Shown piece after piece: positions 8,818-18,181 of a stretch of 55,119 nucleotides of DNA. The stretch is from a bacterium (lineage in GTDB: Bacteria > Chrysiogenota > Deferribacteres > Deferribacterales > Flexistipitaceae), in contig JASMTO010000047.1 in NCBI GenBank assembly GCA_041694215.1, forward strand, positions 1 to 55,119, given 5' to 3'. The notes under the pieces are model-generated. The model worked only from the letters and a program-made list of their open reading frames with translations. It did not search any database and was not told where the DNA came from. The translations under genes were made by a program, and so were the position numbers. The first letter of the stretch is position 1; each line of letters starts with the position of its first letter.

Positions 8818-10461
8818 ATGATCACTTACAATAACTCGAAAATTAAAGTACCTCAGCCACAAAATGAGCCTGTTCTTTCGTATGAACCAGGTTCAGAAGA
8901 AAAAAAATTGTTGAAATTGGCACTTAATGAACTGAAAAACCAAAAAATTGAAATACCTCTAATTATTGGGGGCAAAGAAGTAAAAACAGGAAATATGGGA
9001 AAGGTTGTTTGCCCTCATGATCACCAGCATGTATTGGCAGAATACCATAAAGCTGGGGCGAAAGAAGTGGAAATGGCTATTGAGGCATCCCAAAAAGCGT
9101 GGAGAGAATGGCAGGAATATTCTTGGGAAGATCGTGTGGCTATATTTCTAAAAGCTGCAGAGCTGCTTTCCACTAAATACAGATATTTGGTTAATGCAGC
9201 CACAATGTTATCAATTAGTAAAACTGCCCATCAAGCTGAGATAGATTCTGCCTGTGAGCTTATAGATTTCTGGAGATTTAACTGTTATTTTGTGCAGCAA
9301 ATTTATGCAGAGCAGCCACTGATTAACCCGAAAGGAATATGGAATTATACCCAGACGCGTCCGTTAGAAGGTTTCGTATTTGCCGTTACACCGTTCAATT
9401 TCACAGCAATTGCAGGTAACCTTCCCACCTCACCGGCTATCATGGGCAATGTTACTATTTGGAAGCCGGCATCAACAGCGGTTTATGCTCCTTACTTTCT
9501 TATGAAAATTTTTAAAGAGGCAGGTCTTCCTGATGGTGTAATCAACTTTGTGCCTGGTTCCGGATCGACTGTTGGGAATGTATGTTTCAACGACCCTAGA
9601 TTTGCTGGTGTACACTTTACCGGTAGCACTGCTGTCTTTCAATCCATGTGGAAACAGGTGGGTGCTAATATTTCCAAATATAATAGCTATCCAAGAATTG
9701 TTGGTGAGACCGGTGGTAAAGATTTTATTTTTGCCCACAAATCAGCTGATGTGAGAAAACTCGCTATTGCTATGATACGTGGTGCTTATGAATACCAGGG
9801 GCAAAAGTGCTCTGCAGCATCAAGATCATACATACCCAAATCTCTGTGGAGTGATGTAAGAGAAATTCTCGAAACGGAAATCGCCAAAATAAAAATGGGC
9901 GATGTGGAAGATTTTACCAATTTCATGAATGCCGTAATAGATAAAAATGCTTTTAGCGATATTACCGGCTATATTGATTATGCAAAACAGTCAAAAGATG
10001 CCGAAGTCATAATAGGCGGGAATTATGATGACAGCAAAGGATATTTTATTGAGCCAACCGTTATTCTTACAACAGATCCAAAATTTAAAACTATGGAAGA
10101 AGAAATTTTTGGACCAGTAATGACTGTATATGTTTATGATGATGACAAATATGAAGAGACACTTGATATTTGCAATCAAACATCTCCTTATGGACTTACC
10201 GGTGCGGTATTTGCAACGGAGAGGGGAGCAATTCGGACTGCTATGAAAAAGCTGGAACATGCAGCCGGTAACTTTTACGTGAATGATAAACCCACAGGCT
10301 CAATAGTGGGGCAACAGCCTTTTGGAGGCGCCAGAGCGTCAGGGACCAATGATAAAGCCGGCAGCTATCAGAATCTTATAAGATGGGTTTCCACAAGAGC
10401 TGTTAAAGAAAATTTTAATGCTCCTGAGTCATTTGAATATCCTTTTATGAAAGAAAAATAA
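8818..10461 (+). CDS. pruA: L-glutamate gamma-semialdehyde (P5C) dehydrogenase
   Basis: PFNFTAI, FTGST, GETGGKD, EYQGQKCSA, EEIFGP, NDKPTG..VGQQPFGG.R.SGTNDK. Confidence 0.95.
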   Translation: MITYNNSKIKVPQPQNEPVLSYEPGSEEKKLLKLALNELKNQKIEIPLIIGGKEVKTGNMGKVVCPHDHQHVLAEYHKAGAKEVEMAIEASQKAWREWQEYSWEDRVAIFLKAAELLSTKYRYLVNAATMLSISKTAHQAEIDSACELIDFWRFNCYFVQQIYAEQPLINPKGIWNYTQTRPLEGFVFAVTPFNFTAIAGNLPTSPAIMGNVTIWKPASTAVYAPYFLMKIFKEAGLPDGVINFVPGSGSTVGNVCFNDPRFAGVHFTGSTAVFQSMWKQVGANISKYNSYPRIVGETGGKDFIFAHKSADVRKLAIAMIRGAYEYQGQKCSAASRSYIPKSLWSDVREILETEIAKIKMGDVEDFTNFMNAVIDKNAFSDITGYIDYAKQSKDAEVIIGGNYDDSKGYFIEPTVILTTDPKFKTMEEEIFGPVMTVYVYDDDKYEETLDICNQTSPYGLTGAVFATERGAIRTAMKKLEHAAGNFYVNDKPTGSIVGQQPFGGARASGTNDKAGSYQNLIRWVSTRAVKENFNAPESFEYPFMKEK

Positions 10462-10467
10462 ATTTTT

Positions 10468-10497
10468 AGAGGAGAGAGTTTTACTCTCCTCTCTTTT
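10468..10497 (+). terminator. intergenic hairpin between pruA and putB
   Basis: AGAGGAGAG (10468-76) pairs with CTCTCCTCT (10484-92), followed by CTTTT. Confidence 0.55.
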
Positions 10498-10510
10498 GCC
10501 AGGAGGAAAT

Positions 10511-11422
10511 ATGTCTGTATTAAATTTTTTAATTTCAAAATCAATTATGCATGTCCCTGGGCCTATTGTGAGTATTTTTGCAAAAAGTTATATTGCAGGT
10601 CAGGATTTGTCTGATGCAGTAAAAGTTACCAAGGATCTGAATCATAAGGGAATAATGACAACAATAGATATTTTGGGCGAGTTTATAAAAACAAAAGATC
10701 AGGCAAAATATTTCAAAAATAGGTGTATTGAGATTCTGGATACAATAAATAAAGAGGATTTGGATGCTAACTTGTCTATAAAGCCTACGCAAATGGGTCT
10801 TAACTTGGATGAAGATTTTGCGTATGAAAATATTCGTGAAATTGTTAAATATGCTGATTCACTAAATAACTTTGTCCGCATTGATATGGAAGATACCCCT
10901 AATACTGATAAGACACTTAAACTTCACGCAAAACTGAAACAGGAGTTCGGTAAAAGTGTAGGAACTGTATTACAGGCCTATCTGAGAAGGACACCAACAG
11001 ACATTGATAATCTCGATCCCAAAGATTTAAACATAAGGCTTTGTAAAGGTATTTATAACGAACCGAGGGAGCTGGCTTACAAAGATCCTTATATTATAAA
11101 TCAAAATTTTATATACTGTCTTGAAAAATTGTTTTCAAAGGGAGCTTATGTTGGCATTGCCACCCATGATGAAAAACTGATTTTCGAATCCCTCAGATTG
11201 ATTGAAAAATATAACTTGAAAAAACAAGATTATGAATTTCAGATGCTTCTTGGTGTGGATGAGCAACTTAGAGAGATTATTGTTAATGGCGGGCATAGGC
11301 TTAGAGTGTATGTACCTTTTGGCAAAGATTGGCTTCCATATTCCAAAAGAAGACTGAAAGAGAACCCCAGTATTGCTACACACGCCTTGAGACAACTGTT
11401 TGGGATACATGGGAATAAATGA
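10511..11422 (+). CDS. putB: monofunctional proline dehydrogenase
   Basis: AGGAGG RBS; YIAG, DILGE, RIDMED, QAYL, RLCKGIY, IATHD, FQMLLG, YVPFG..W..Y..RRL.E. Confidence 0.92.
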   Translation: MSVLNFLISKSIMHVPGPIVSIFAKSYIAGQDLSDAVKVTKDLNHKGIMTTIDILGEFIKTKDQAKYFKNRCIEILDTINKEDLDANLSIKPTQMGLNLDEDFAYENIREIVKYADSLNNFVRIDMEDTPNTDKTLKLHAKLKQEFGKSVGTVLQAYLRRTPTDIDNLDPKDLNIRLCKGIYNEPRELAYKDPYIINQNFIYCLEKLFSKGAYVGIATHDEKLIFESLRLIEKYNLKKQDYEFQMLLGVDEQLREIIVNGGHRLRVYVPFGKDWLPYSKRRLKENPSIATHALRQLFGIHGNK

Positions 11423-11428
11423 TGAATT

Positions 11429-11576
11429 AGTGTTAAGTGTTAAGTGTTAAGTTTACCCTGTTAAATGCCGCAGGCACCAGCAAAGCTGATATTTAACAGG
11501 GTTTCCACTATTAAACACTGCCGAAGGAAGTCTGTCTGTAATACGGATCTAACAGGGTGTTAAGTGCCAAGTTGAT
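11429..11576. repeat. AGTGTTA heptamer tandem array interrupted by a structured insert
   Basis: (AGTGTTA)x3 at 11429-11449, AGT, insert 11453-11558, then GTTA AGTGCCA AGTTGAT. Confidence 0.8.
11453..11558. mobile_element. putative non-autonomous REP/MITE-like double-cloverleaf element
   Basis: 12-bp perfect IR ACCCTGTTAAAT (11455-66) / ATTTAACAGGGT (11491-502) enclosing two mini-hairpins; degenerate second unit 11505-11558. Confidence 0.55.
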
Positions 11577-11703
11577 GCTTATCTTTTATCAATCAAGATA
11601 AATCTTATAAATTTTTTTGTTCTGTGTTAGAATAAAATTAATTATACTGCATATTACTTAATATATTTGTGTTGTTTTAGCTGATATAAGTGGAGGGTAT
11701 GTT

Positions 11704-13257
11704 ATGAAAAAGCTTGGGGAATTGTTGCAGGAAAATGGTTTAGTTACCGCTGAGCAGGTAAACAAGGCTCTGAAAAAACAATCCCAAACGAATGATAAGC
11801 TTGGCAAAATTCTTGTCAAAATGGGGTTTATTTCAGAAAATCAATTGTTAACGTTTTTGGCTAAGCAGTACAATGTATATACGTTTACTGAAAATGAACT
11901 GACCATAAGTAAAGAAGTACAAAAACGTTTTAGTTATGATATTATATACAATTACGGTGTAATACCTTTTAAAATTTCCGATAAAGGAATTTATGTGGGC
12001 TTTTCTAACCTTTCTATCCTTAATGATATAGATGAAATATCATTTAAAGTGGGGGAAAAAATCATACCTGTTCTTTTTCCGGACTCTATGTATGAAAAAA
12101 TTATAGGTGATCTTAAGGCTAACATGTATGGAAAAAAAGATTATACATTTGTTTCATTTGAAAAAACAGTTGGTAAAAAACTAAAAGAAGGTATAAGCTT
12201 GGAGGAATTCGTTTCTGCTGTATTTACTTTTGAGCCTGATTTTAGTAAAATTTTTATGTCAGAAGGATCTGAGCCGGCAATAAGAAAAGTAGGAAGATTT
12301 TATAAGCTTAATGTTCAACCACTTACAAGAAGTCATATTTTAAGTTTCATAAAGATGCTTACTGATGAAACGTTGAGGAAGAAATTGATTAGTATAAATT
12401 ATCTCAGATTTCATAAAATTATTAATGGTAAAAATTTTATAGTTAATATTTTAAAGCAAAAAGGACATTATTCAATAATTTTATCTCTCACAACAACAGC
12501 AATACCTAAATTTGATTCACTCGGTTTCAAAAATGATGTTGCCAAATATATTCTTTATCCCTCTGCAGGATTTTATTTATTTATTGCACCTTTTGGTCAT
12601 GGCAAGTCTACAATAATGGCCTCTGTTGTAAATTATTTTAATACTACAAAAACACTAAATATTCTTTTTATAAAGAAGAAAAGTGTTTACCAAATAACCC
12701 CAGACAAAAGTTTTGTTACTCAAATAGAGGCCGGTCATGATGCCGCTGATACAGAGGAATTATTTCAGATTATTTATGATATTGAGCCGGACATAGTCTT
12801 CCTCAGTGATATTGAGAACTTAAGCGTGTTGGATATGGCGTTAAAACTTGTTGAGTCCGGCAGAACCGTTTATGCCTGTTACGAAGCCGGGAGTATTTCT
12901 GGTGCATTCGAACGTTTGTTTTTATATCAAAGTGAGCTTAGCAATAATTATTACGCCAATAAACTTGCAAACACGTTAAAACTTGTGGTTAATTTCAGGT
13001 TGATTCCTGTTGAAAATATCGACAGAAAAATGCTTGTTTACGAGTATGTTTTTAATTCTTTTAAACTTCAAAAGGCGCTATTGGAATCAAATTATAGGTT
13101 TATTGACTCCCAATTAAGAGGTACTGCGGATTATATGCCCTTTGAAAGGAAGCTAGCCGATCTTTATAAAAGCAAAACGATAGATCTTGGGACTGCGGAG
13201 ACATATGCTTTAAACTTTGATTTATTCAGAAATTATGCAGGTATCAAAGAAAGCTGA
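11704..13257 (+). CDS. MshEN domain fused to a degenerate PilT/PilU-like ATPase
   Basis: N-terminal KLGELL..GL...Q...KLGKILV.MGF; PilT-like C-terminal part with APFGHGKST and EPDIVFLSDIEN. Confidence 0.75.
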   Translation: MKKLGELLQENGLVTAEQVNKALKKQSQTNDKLGKILVKMGFISENQLLTFLAKQYNVYTFTENELTISKEVQKRFSYDIIYNYGVIPFKISDKGIYVGFSNLSILNDIDEISFKVGEKIIPVLFPDSMYEKIIGDLKANMYGKKDYTFVSFEKTVGKKLKEGISLEEFVSAVFTFEPDFSKIFMSEGSEPAIRKVGRFYKLNVQPLTRSHILSFIKMLTDETLRKKLISINYLRFHKIINGKNFIVNILKQKGHYSIILSLTTTAIPKFDSLGFKNDVAKYILYPSAGFYLFIAPFGHGKSTIMASVVNYFNTTKTLNILFIKKKSVYQITPDKSFVTQIEAGHDAADTEELFQIIYDIEPDIVFLSDIENLSVLDMALKLVESGRTVYACYEAGSISGAFERLFLYQSELSNNYYANKLANTLKLVVNFRLIPVENIDRKMLVYEYVFNSFKLQKALLESNYRFIDSQLRGTADYMPFERKLADLYKSKTIDLGTAETYALNFDLFRNYAGIKES

Positions 13258-13281
13258 TTTTTTAAGTTTTATGGAGTATTA

Positions 13282-15072
13282 ATGGCTTTAAAAAAATATT
13301 TTGAGAAAGACCACTTTTTACCCAAATATATCCAAAACTTTTCTTACAGGGATTCCCAGGTAGAACTGGCTGAATATATAAAAGAGAAGCTTGAATCATA
13401 TGAATCTTCTGTTATTGAGGCTCCCACAGGCTCTGGTAAAACTTTGGCATATTTGCTCCCTGTCTTTGATCTGGGACACAAAACGATAATTTCAACAAAG
13501 ACAAAGCAGCTTATGAACCAGATTTTATATAGGGATATTAACATATTTGAGGAAATTTTCAGCGATAAAAGATTAAAGATAGCATCCCTTAAAGGAAGGA
13601 AAAATTATTTTTGTTACTACAGATATTTTAAGTTAATAGCACCGAATCCGGATATGTATTCTGATGTAATTGACTGGTATAATGTAAACAAAAATATTAG
13701 TGAAATACCTTACGGTTTTTTTAACTTTTCAGTAATTGAAAAGATGACGGCAGATAGCTTACAGTGTATAATGGGAAAATGTCCATATTACAATAAATGC
13801 CCGTTTTACCTTCAGAGGGAAAAAGCTTCTGAAGCTGACATTGTTATTACCAATCATTTTATGTTACTTAGTGATGTTGCAATGAGAAATAAGCATGATA
13901 TGGCTTATAATTTTGATTTTGCAGAGCATATTATTTTTGATGAGGCACATTCTCTGCCTGATATTTTTCCAGGTTTTATAGGTGATGATGTTAATTTTGC
14001 AGCGCTGATGGCATTTTTAAAGGAAAACAGGCATATGATGGACGAACCTGTCTACAGTTATTTCCAAAATAAGTTTGCATATATAAAATCTAATGTACAA
14101 TCAAAACAGGAAATCAGCAATAAGATAAAAGACGAACTTGATATCTTTTTTGCTGAACTAAAAAAAGTCGCAGAGACATCGTTTGATGATGAAAGTTATG
14201 ATGTTTATAAAAAATACAGAGACAAATTTCATAATATTTTTAATACCAAGGGAGTAAAATTAATAGAACCTACTGTATCATCATTTGTATTAAAAAGTAT
14301 GCCTCTTGATATTTCTGAAACTTTTAGTCAGTCATTAAAAAAAGTATGTATGAGTGCACTGTTTATCAGTGCCACTATTTCCGTTAACGGCTCCTTTAAC
14401 TATTTTTGTAACGAATTGGGGCTTAACGATGTTTCCGGGAAAAATACCAATAGTGAATTTAATTTTTTAAGTAATGGTGAATGTTATATATCCAAAAATC
14501 AGCTTACCAAATCCCAGAAAATGGAAATTTATGAAAAAATCAGTTTAAATGCAAAAAGTGGATGTCTTTTTATTTTTAATAGTATTGATATGATGAATAA
14601 TGTGTATAAGTATCTTAACAAAAGGATTGGTAACAAGAAAGAGCTGCTACTACAGACAGAAATTGATTTGTCGACAATAAAAGTGAATTCTGATACCGTT
14701 GTTTTGGGGTGTGCTGTTGTTAGAGAAGGTGTGGATTTTTCCGGTAATTTTTTACAGTATGTGGTCTTGGATAAGCTTCCTTTTGAAAATATCTCTGACG
14801 TTTATTTGCGGCAACGGCAACAAGCGTTTGAGGAAAAATATGGTAATGCTTTTATGAATTTTTACTTGCCCAGGGCTGTAATCTATTTTAAACAGGCTAT
14901 AGGAAGACTTATTAGGCATGAAAATGATACAGGCACCTGGATTATCCTGGATAACAGGATATTGACAAAAGCCTATGGTCGATATTTTATGGATGTATTA
15001 AAGGATGTGAAAATTTACGATACGCTGGAAAACTTACCAGTACTTTCGGGAGGTTATAATGGGCTATATTAA
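13282..15072 (+). CDS. ATP-dependent DNA helicase, DinG/YoaA family
   Basis: Q motif, APTGSGKT, KGR.NY.C plus C-x4-C-x5-C Fe-S ligands, DEAH, SAT, EGVD, KLPF, QAIGRLIR. Confidence 0.9.
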   Translation: MALKKYFEKDHFLPKYIQNFSYRDSQVELAEYIKEKLESYESSVIEAPTGSGKTLAYLLPVFDLGHKTIISTKTKQLMNQILYRDINIFEEIFSDKRLKIASLKGRKNYFCYYRYFKLIAPNPDMYSDVIDWYNVNKNISEIPYGFFNFSVIEKMTADSLQCIMGKCPYYNKCPFYLQREKASEADIVITNHFMLLSDVAMRNKHDMAYNFDFAEHIIFDEAHSLPDIFPGFIGDDVNFAALMAFLKENRHMMDEPVYSYFQNKFAYIKSNVQSKQEISNKIKDELDIFFAELKKVAETSFDDESYDVYKKYRDKFHNIFNTKGVKLIEPTVSSFVLKSMPLDISETFSQSLKKVCMSALFISATISVNGSFNYFCNELGLNDVSGKNTNSEFNFLSNGECYISKNQLTKSQKMEIYEKISLNAKSGCLFIFNSIDMMNNVYKYLNKRIGNKKELLLQTEIDLSTIKVNSDTVVLGCAVVREGVDFSGNFLQYVVLDKLPFENISDVYLRQRQQAFEEKYGNAFMNFYLPRAVIYFKQAIGRLIRHENDTGTWIILDNRILTKAYGRYFMDVLKDVKIYDTLENLPVLSGGYNGLY

Positions 15073-16420
15073 ACTTGACTATAATTTTGTTATGAATAGG
15101 TATGTGCCAAACGGTTTGAGTGAAGATGAGATTGAGCAGTATAAAGAAATGGCTAAAAAAGGAATGTCGGATTTGATATCCCTATGTGAATCGCGAGAAG
15201 TGGGGTTTCCGCATTTGCCCGATTACGACTTATCCGAGATTAAAGAGATTATCAAATCAACCAAAGGCCAGTACAATGACCTTATCATTGTTGGTATAGG
15301 TGGTTCTTCTCTTGGTATTGAGGCAATTGTTAATGCGCTGCTTCCTTATGGTTATAACGCATTATCCTTTGGTGAAAGAGGGTGTTTACCGAGGATATGG
15401 TTTGCCGATAACGTTGATCCGCATAAACTTTACTGGACGTTAAAAAAATGTGAAGCAGAGGATACAATTGTTTGCATTATTACCAAATCTGGTAGCACAG
15501 TGGAAACTGTTGCTAATTTTTCCATTATTTACAAATGGCTTAATGAAAACCTAAAAAATCCGGCGGATCATATATATGCCATAACTGATCCGGAAAAAGG
15601 TCCTCTAAGGGAATTTGCTGAGATGCATAAAATTAAAACATTCAGCATTCCCTCTAATGTGGGTGGGCGTTTTTCTGTACTAAGCCCCGTTGGTATTATT
15701 CCATCAGCTCTACTTGGTTTGGATATAGATAGGATGCTTAAGGGGGCAAAGGATATAGTTGATTCAGAAAAAGAAAAAATTCTATATTTATCAGCTATAT
15801 ATTTGGCATACATGAATAAAGGATATAATATAAATGTACTTATGCCATATACTTCCCGTCTTAAATCTTTTTCAGAATGGTTTGCGCAGCTGTGGGGTGA
15901 AAGTTTAGGTAAAAAGTATAATTTTACTGGTAAGGCCGTACACACTGGTACTACGCCTGTGTGTGCTGTGGGGACGATTGACCAGCATTCACAGCTACAA
16001 TTGTACAAGGAAGGTCCGAATGACAAAATTATAACATTTATAGAGCTTAGCACACATGATTTTGATGTTGAAATTTTTGCTGATTTTCACAGTGAATTTT
16101 CCTATTTAACAGGCCATTCTCTTGGTGATTTGATGAATCTTGAGCTTCATGCCACAGAATTATCACTAAAAAATGATGGTAAACCCTCTATAAAGCTTGT
16201 TATGGATGGTATTGATGAGTATGCTGTGGGTAAGCTTTTTATGCTGATGCAGTATGTGGTTTCTGTAACAGGGCTTTCCCTCGGGATAAATCCTTTTGAT
16301 CAACCCGGTGTTGAAGAAGGAAAACACTTTGCATATGGAATGCTTGGCAGAAAGGGGTATGGTGCTAAAAAGAAAGAATTTGAGGAAAATTATTTAAAAT
16401 CTGATGAATACATCGTTTGA
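15059..16420 (+). CDS. pgi: glucose-6-phosphate isomerase
   Basis: GIGGSSLG, TKSGSTVET, VGGRFSVLS, QLWGESLGK, DQHS, NPFDQPGVEEGK. Confidence 0.95.
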   Translation: MGYIKLDYNFVMNRYVPNGLSEDEIEQYKEMAKKGMSDLISLCESREVGFPHLPDYDLSEIKEIIKSTKGQYNDLIIVGIGGSSLGIEAIVNALLPYGYNALSFGERGCLPRIWFADNVDPHKLYWTLKKCEAEDTIVCIITKSGSTVETVANFSIIYKWLNENLKNPADHIYAITDPEKGPLREFAEMHKIKTFSIPSNVGGRFSVLSPVGIIPSALLGLDIDRMLKGAKDIVDSEKEKILYLSAIYLAYMNKGYNINVLMPYTSRLKSFSEWFAQLWGESLGKKYNFTGKAVHTGTTPVCAVGTIDQHSQLQLYKEGPNDKIITFIELSTHDFDVEIFADFHSEFSYLTGHSLGDLMNLELHATELSLKNDGKPSIKLVMDGIDEYAVGKLFMLMQYVVSVTGLSLGINPFDQPGVEEGKHFAYGMLGRKGYGAKKKEFEENYLKSDEYIV

Positions 16421-17651
16421 AGAAAAAGTTCTATGTGAGATATCTGGACTGTCAGGCAAAATTCTAATATTGGCTTTTTCTGGGGGACGGGACTCCAGCG
16501 CACTGTTTCATTTTCTTAACAGATATAAAGAACAAATACCTTTTAAACTCTTTGCCTGCCATATCAACCATAAGTTACGACCTGATGCTGACAACGACGA
16601 GAGATTTGTTAGAGAAAGATGTGAGTCTTCCGGAATAAAAATTTTTGTTGAGAAAAAGGATATATGTAAAGAAGCCAAAGAAAAGGGGACAAGTTTAGAG
16701 CAGGAAGCCAGAAATTTCAGACTGACCGTATTTAAAAAATTAAAAAAATATCTTGATGCCGATTACATAATTACTGCTCATCATCAGGATGATTTACTGG
16801 AAAATTTTTTTTTGAAAAGTTTTCAAGGCAGCTCGTTATACAACCTGAAGGGGTTTAATCATTCGAATAACCTTTTTTTCAGACCTATGTTAAAAGTAAA
16901 TTCTTTAGAAATTAATGAATATGTAAATAAATACAAGCTGGATTTTGTAACAGATTATACTAATTTTGATACAAATTTTCCAAGGAATTGGATCAGGCAT
17001 AAAGTGATTCCAGTTATTAGTAATTATAATAAAGGATATTTATATAATGTAATTAAATTACAAGATGATTCGGAAGAATTGTTTCATTATTTATCAAGAC
17101 GCATTGGAAATATAAATATTGAAGAAAGCGATAGAATGTTCAAAGTATGCTTAAGTGAGTTTTTGCTTTTGGATCCATTTGAACAGAAATTTTTAATTAG
17201 TTCGATAATCTCGAAATTTTGCAGGCCTGAAAAAAGATTGATTGAGAATATATTGGAAATCGGTTATAAAAGAGATTCCAAACGAATAAATTTACCGAAC
17301 GATTTCCTTTTTGAGAAATCCTGTAAAAATATTCGTTTTTATCATAAGTCACTTATTAGGGGATATAAATATATAAAGAAGCCTTTTGAAAAGGTTGTAA
17401 TTTTGTCAAATTTAGGTAAGATTGTTACTTTTGATAAGCAGTTGGAAAATTGTTATTTAACCATTAGAAACAGACAAAATGGAGATAGAATTGGGCAGAA
17501 AAAATTAAAAGATTTGTTTATTAATAATCATATAGATTTATTTCTCAGGGATACTGCCATTATTGTGGAAAAAGACGGTGAAATAATATTTGTAGAAGGT
17601 GTTGTAAATAATGAGGATATAGGAGTGAAGAGGGTTAAATGGGAAAAATAG
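16404..17651 (+). CDS. tilS: tRNA(Ile)-lysidine synthetase
   Basis: SGGRDS PP-loop, HINH.LR, EQEAR, TAHHQDD..E, RNWIRH; tilS-hpt-ftsH synteny. Confidence 0.93.
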   Translation: MNTSFEEKVLCEISGLSGKILILAFSGGRDSSALFHFLNRYKEQIPFKLFACHINHKLRPDADNDERFVRERCESSGIKIFVEKKDICKEAKEKGTSLEQEARNFRLTVFKKLKKYLDADYIITAHHQDDLLENFFLKSFQGSSLYNLKGFNHSNNLFFRPMLKVNSLEINEYVNKYKLDFVTDYTNFDTNFPRNWIRHKVIPVISNYNKGYLYNVIKLQDDSEELFHYLSRRIGNINIEESDRMFKVCLSEFLLLDPFEQKFLISSIISKFCRPEKRLIENILEIGYKRDSKRINLPNDFLFEKSCKNIRFYHKSLIRGYKYIKKPFEKVVILSNLGKIVTFDKQLENCYLTIRNRQNGDRIGQKKLKDLFINNHIDLFLRDTAIIVEKDGEIIFVEGVVNNEDIGVKRVKWEK

Positions 17652-18169
17652 AATTAAAACCTTTCCTTTTTGAAAAGGAAATAAAAGCAAAGGTAAGAGA
17701 AATAGGCGGGTTAATTACCAGAGACTTTGAAGGAGAAGACGTTCTGCTTGTGGGGGTTTTAAAGGGAGCATGGATTTTTCTTTCCGATTTGGTAAGAGAA
17801 ATCAATCTTAATGTAGAGATCAGCTTTATCTCTGTATCCAGCTATGTTGGTAAAAAAACGGTCAGCAGCGGTGTGGTAAGGCTTCTGTGCGATATTGATA
17901 AACCTTTGGAAGGGAAAAATGTTATACTTGTTGAGGATATAGTTGATACAGGCTTAACATTGAGTTATTTAAGAAAGCTGCTTTTTGTCAGAAACCCCAA
18001 CACCATTAAAGTGTGTACACTGTTAGACAAACCTTCTAGGAGACTGGCGGATATTACACCTGATTATGTAGGGTTTGATATCCCTGATGAATTTGTTGTG
18101 GGATATGGCCTGGACTATGACGGTTTGTACAGAAATTTAAAAGATATATGTAAGGTAAATTTTACGTAA
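17639..18169 (+). CDS. hpt: hypoxanthine phosphoribosyltransferase
   Basis: VLKGA, VEDIVDTGLTL, LLDKP, FVVGYGLDY. Confidence 0.95.
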   Translation: MGKIELKPFLFEKEIKAKVREIGGLITRDFEGEDVLLVGVLKGAWIFLSDLVREINLNVEISFISVSSYVGKKTVSSGVVRLLCDIDKPLEGKNVILVEDIVDTGLTLSYLRKLLFVRNPNTIKVCTLLDKPSRRLADITPDYVGFDIPDEFVVGYGLDYDGLYRNLKDICKVNFT

Positions 18170-18181
18170 AGAGGAGGAACA

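Noticed and set aside
11429-11576. CRISPR array or tRNA
   Set aside because: No repeat-spacer periodicity and no cas genes; no T-loop or D-loop consensus.
13282-15072. DinG as a type IV CRISPR or defence helicase
   Set aside because: Housekeeping context (overlaps pgi), YoaA-like Fe-S Cys pattern, no cas genes.
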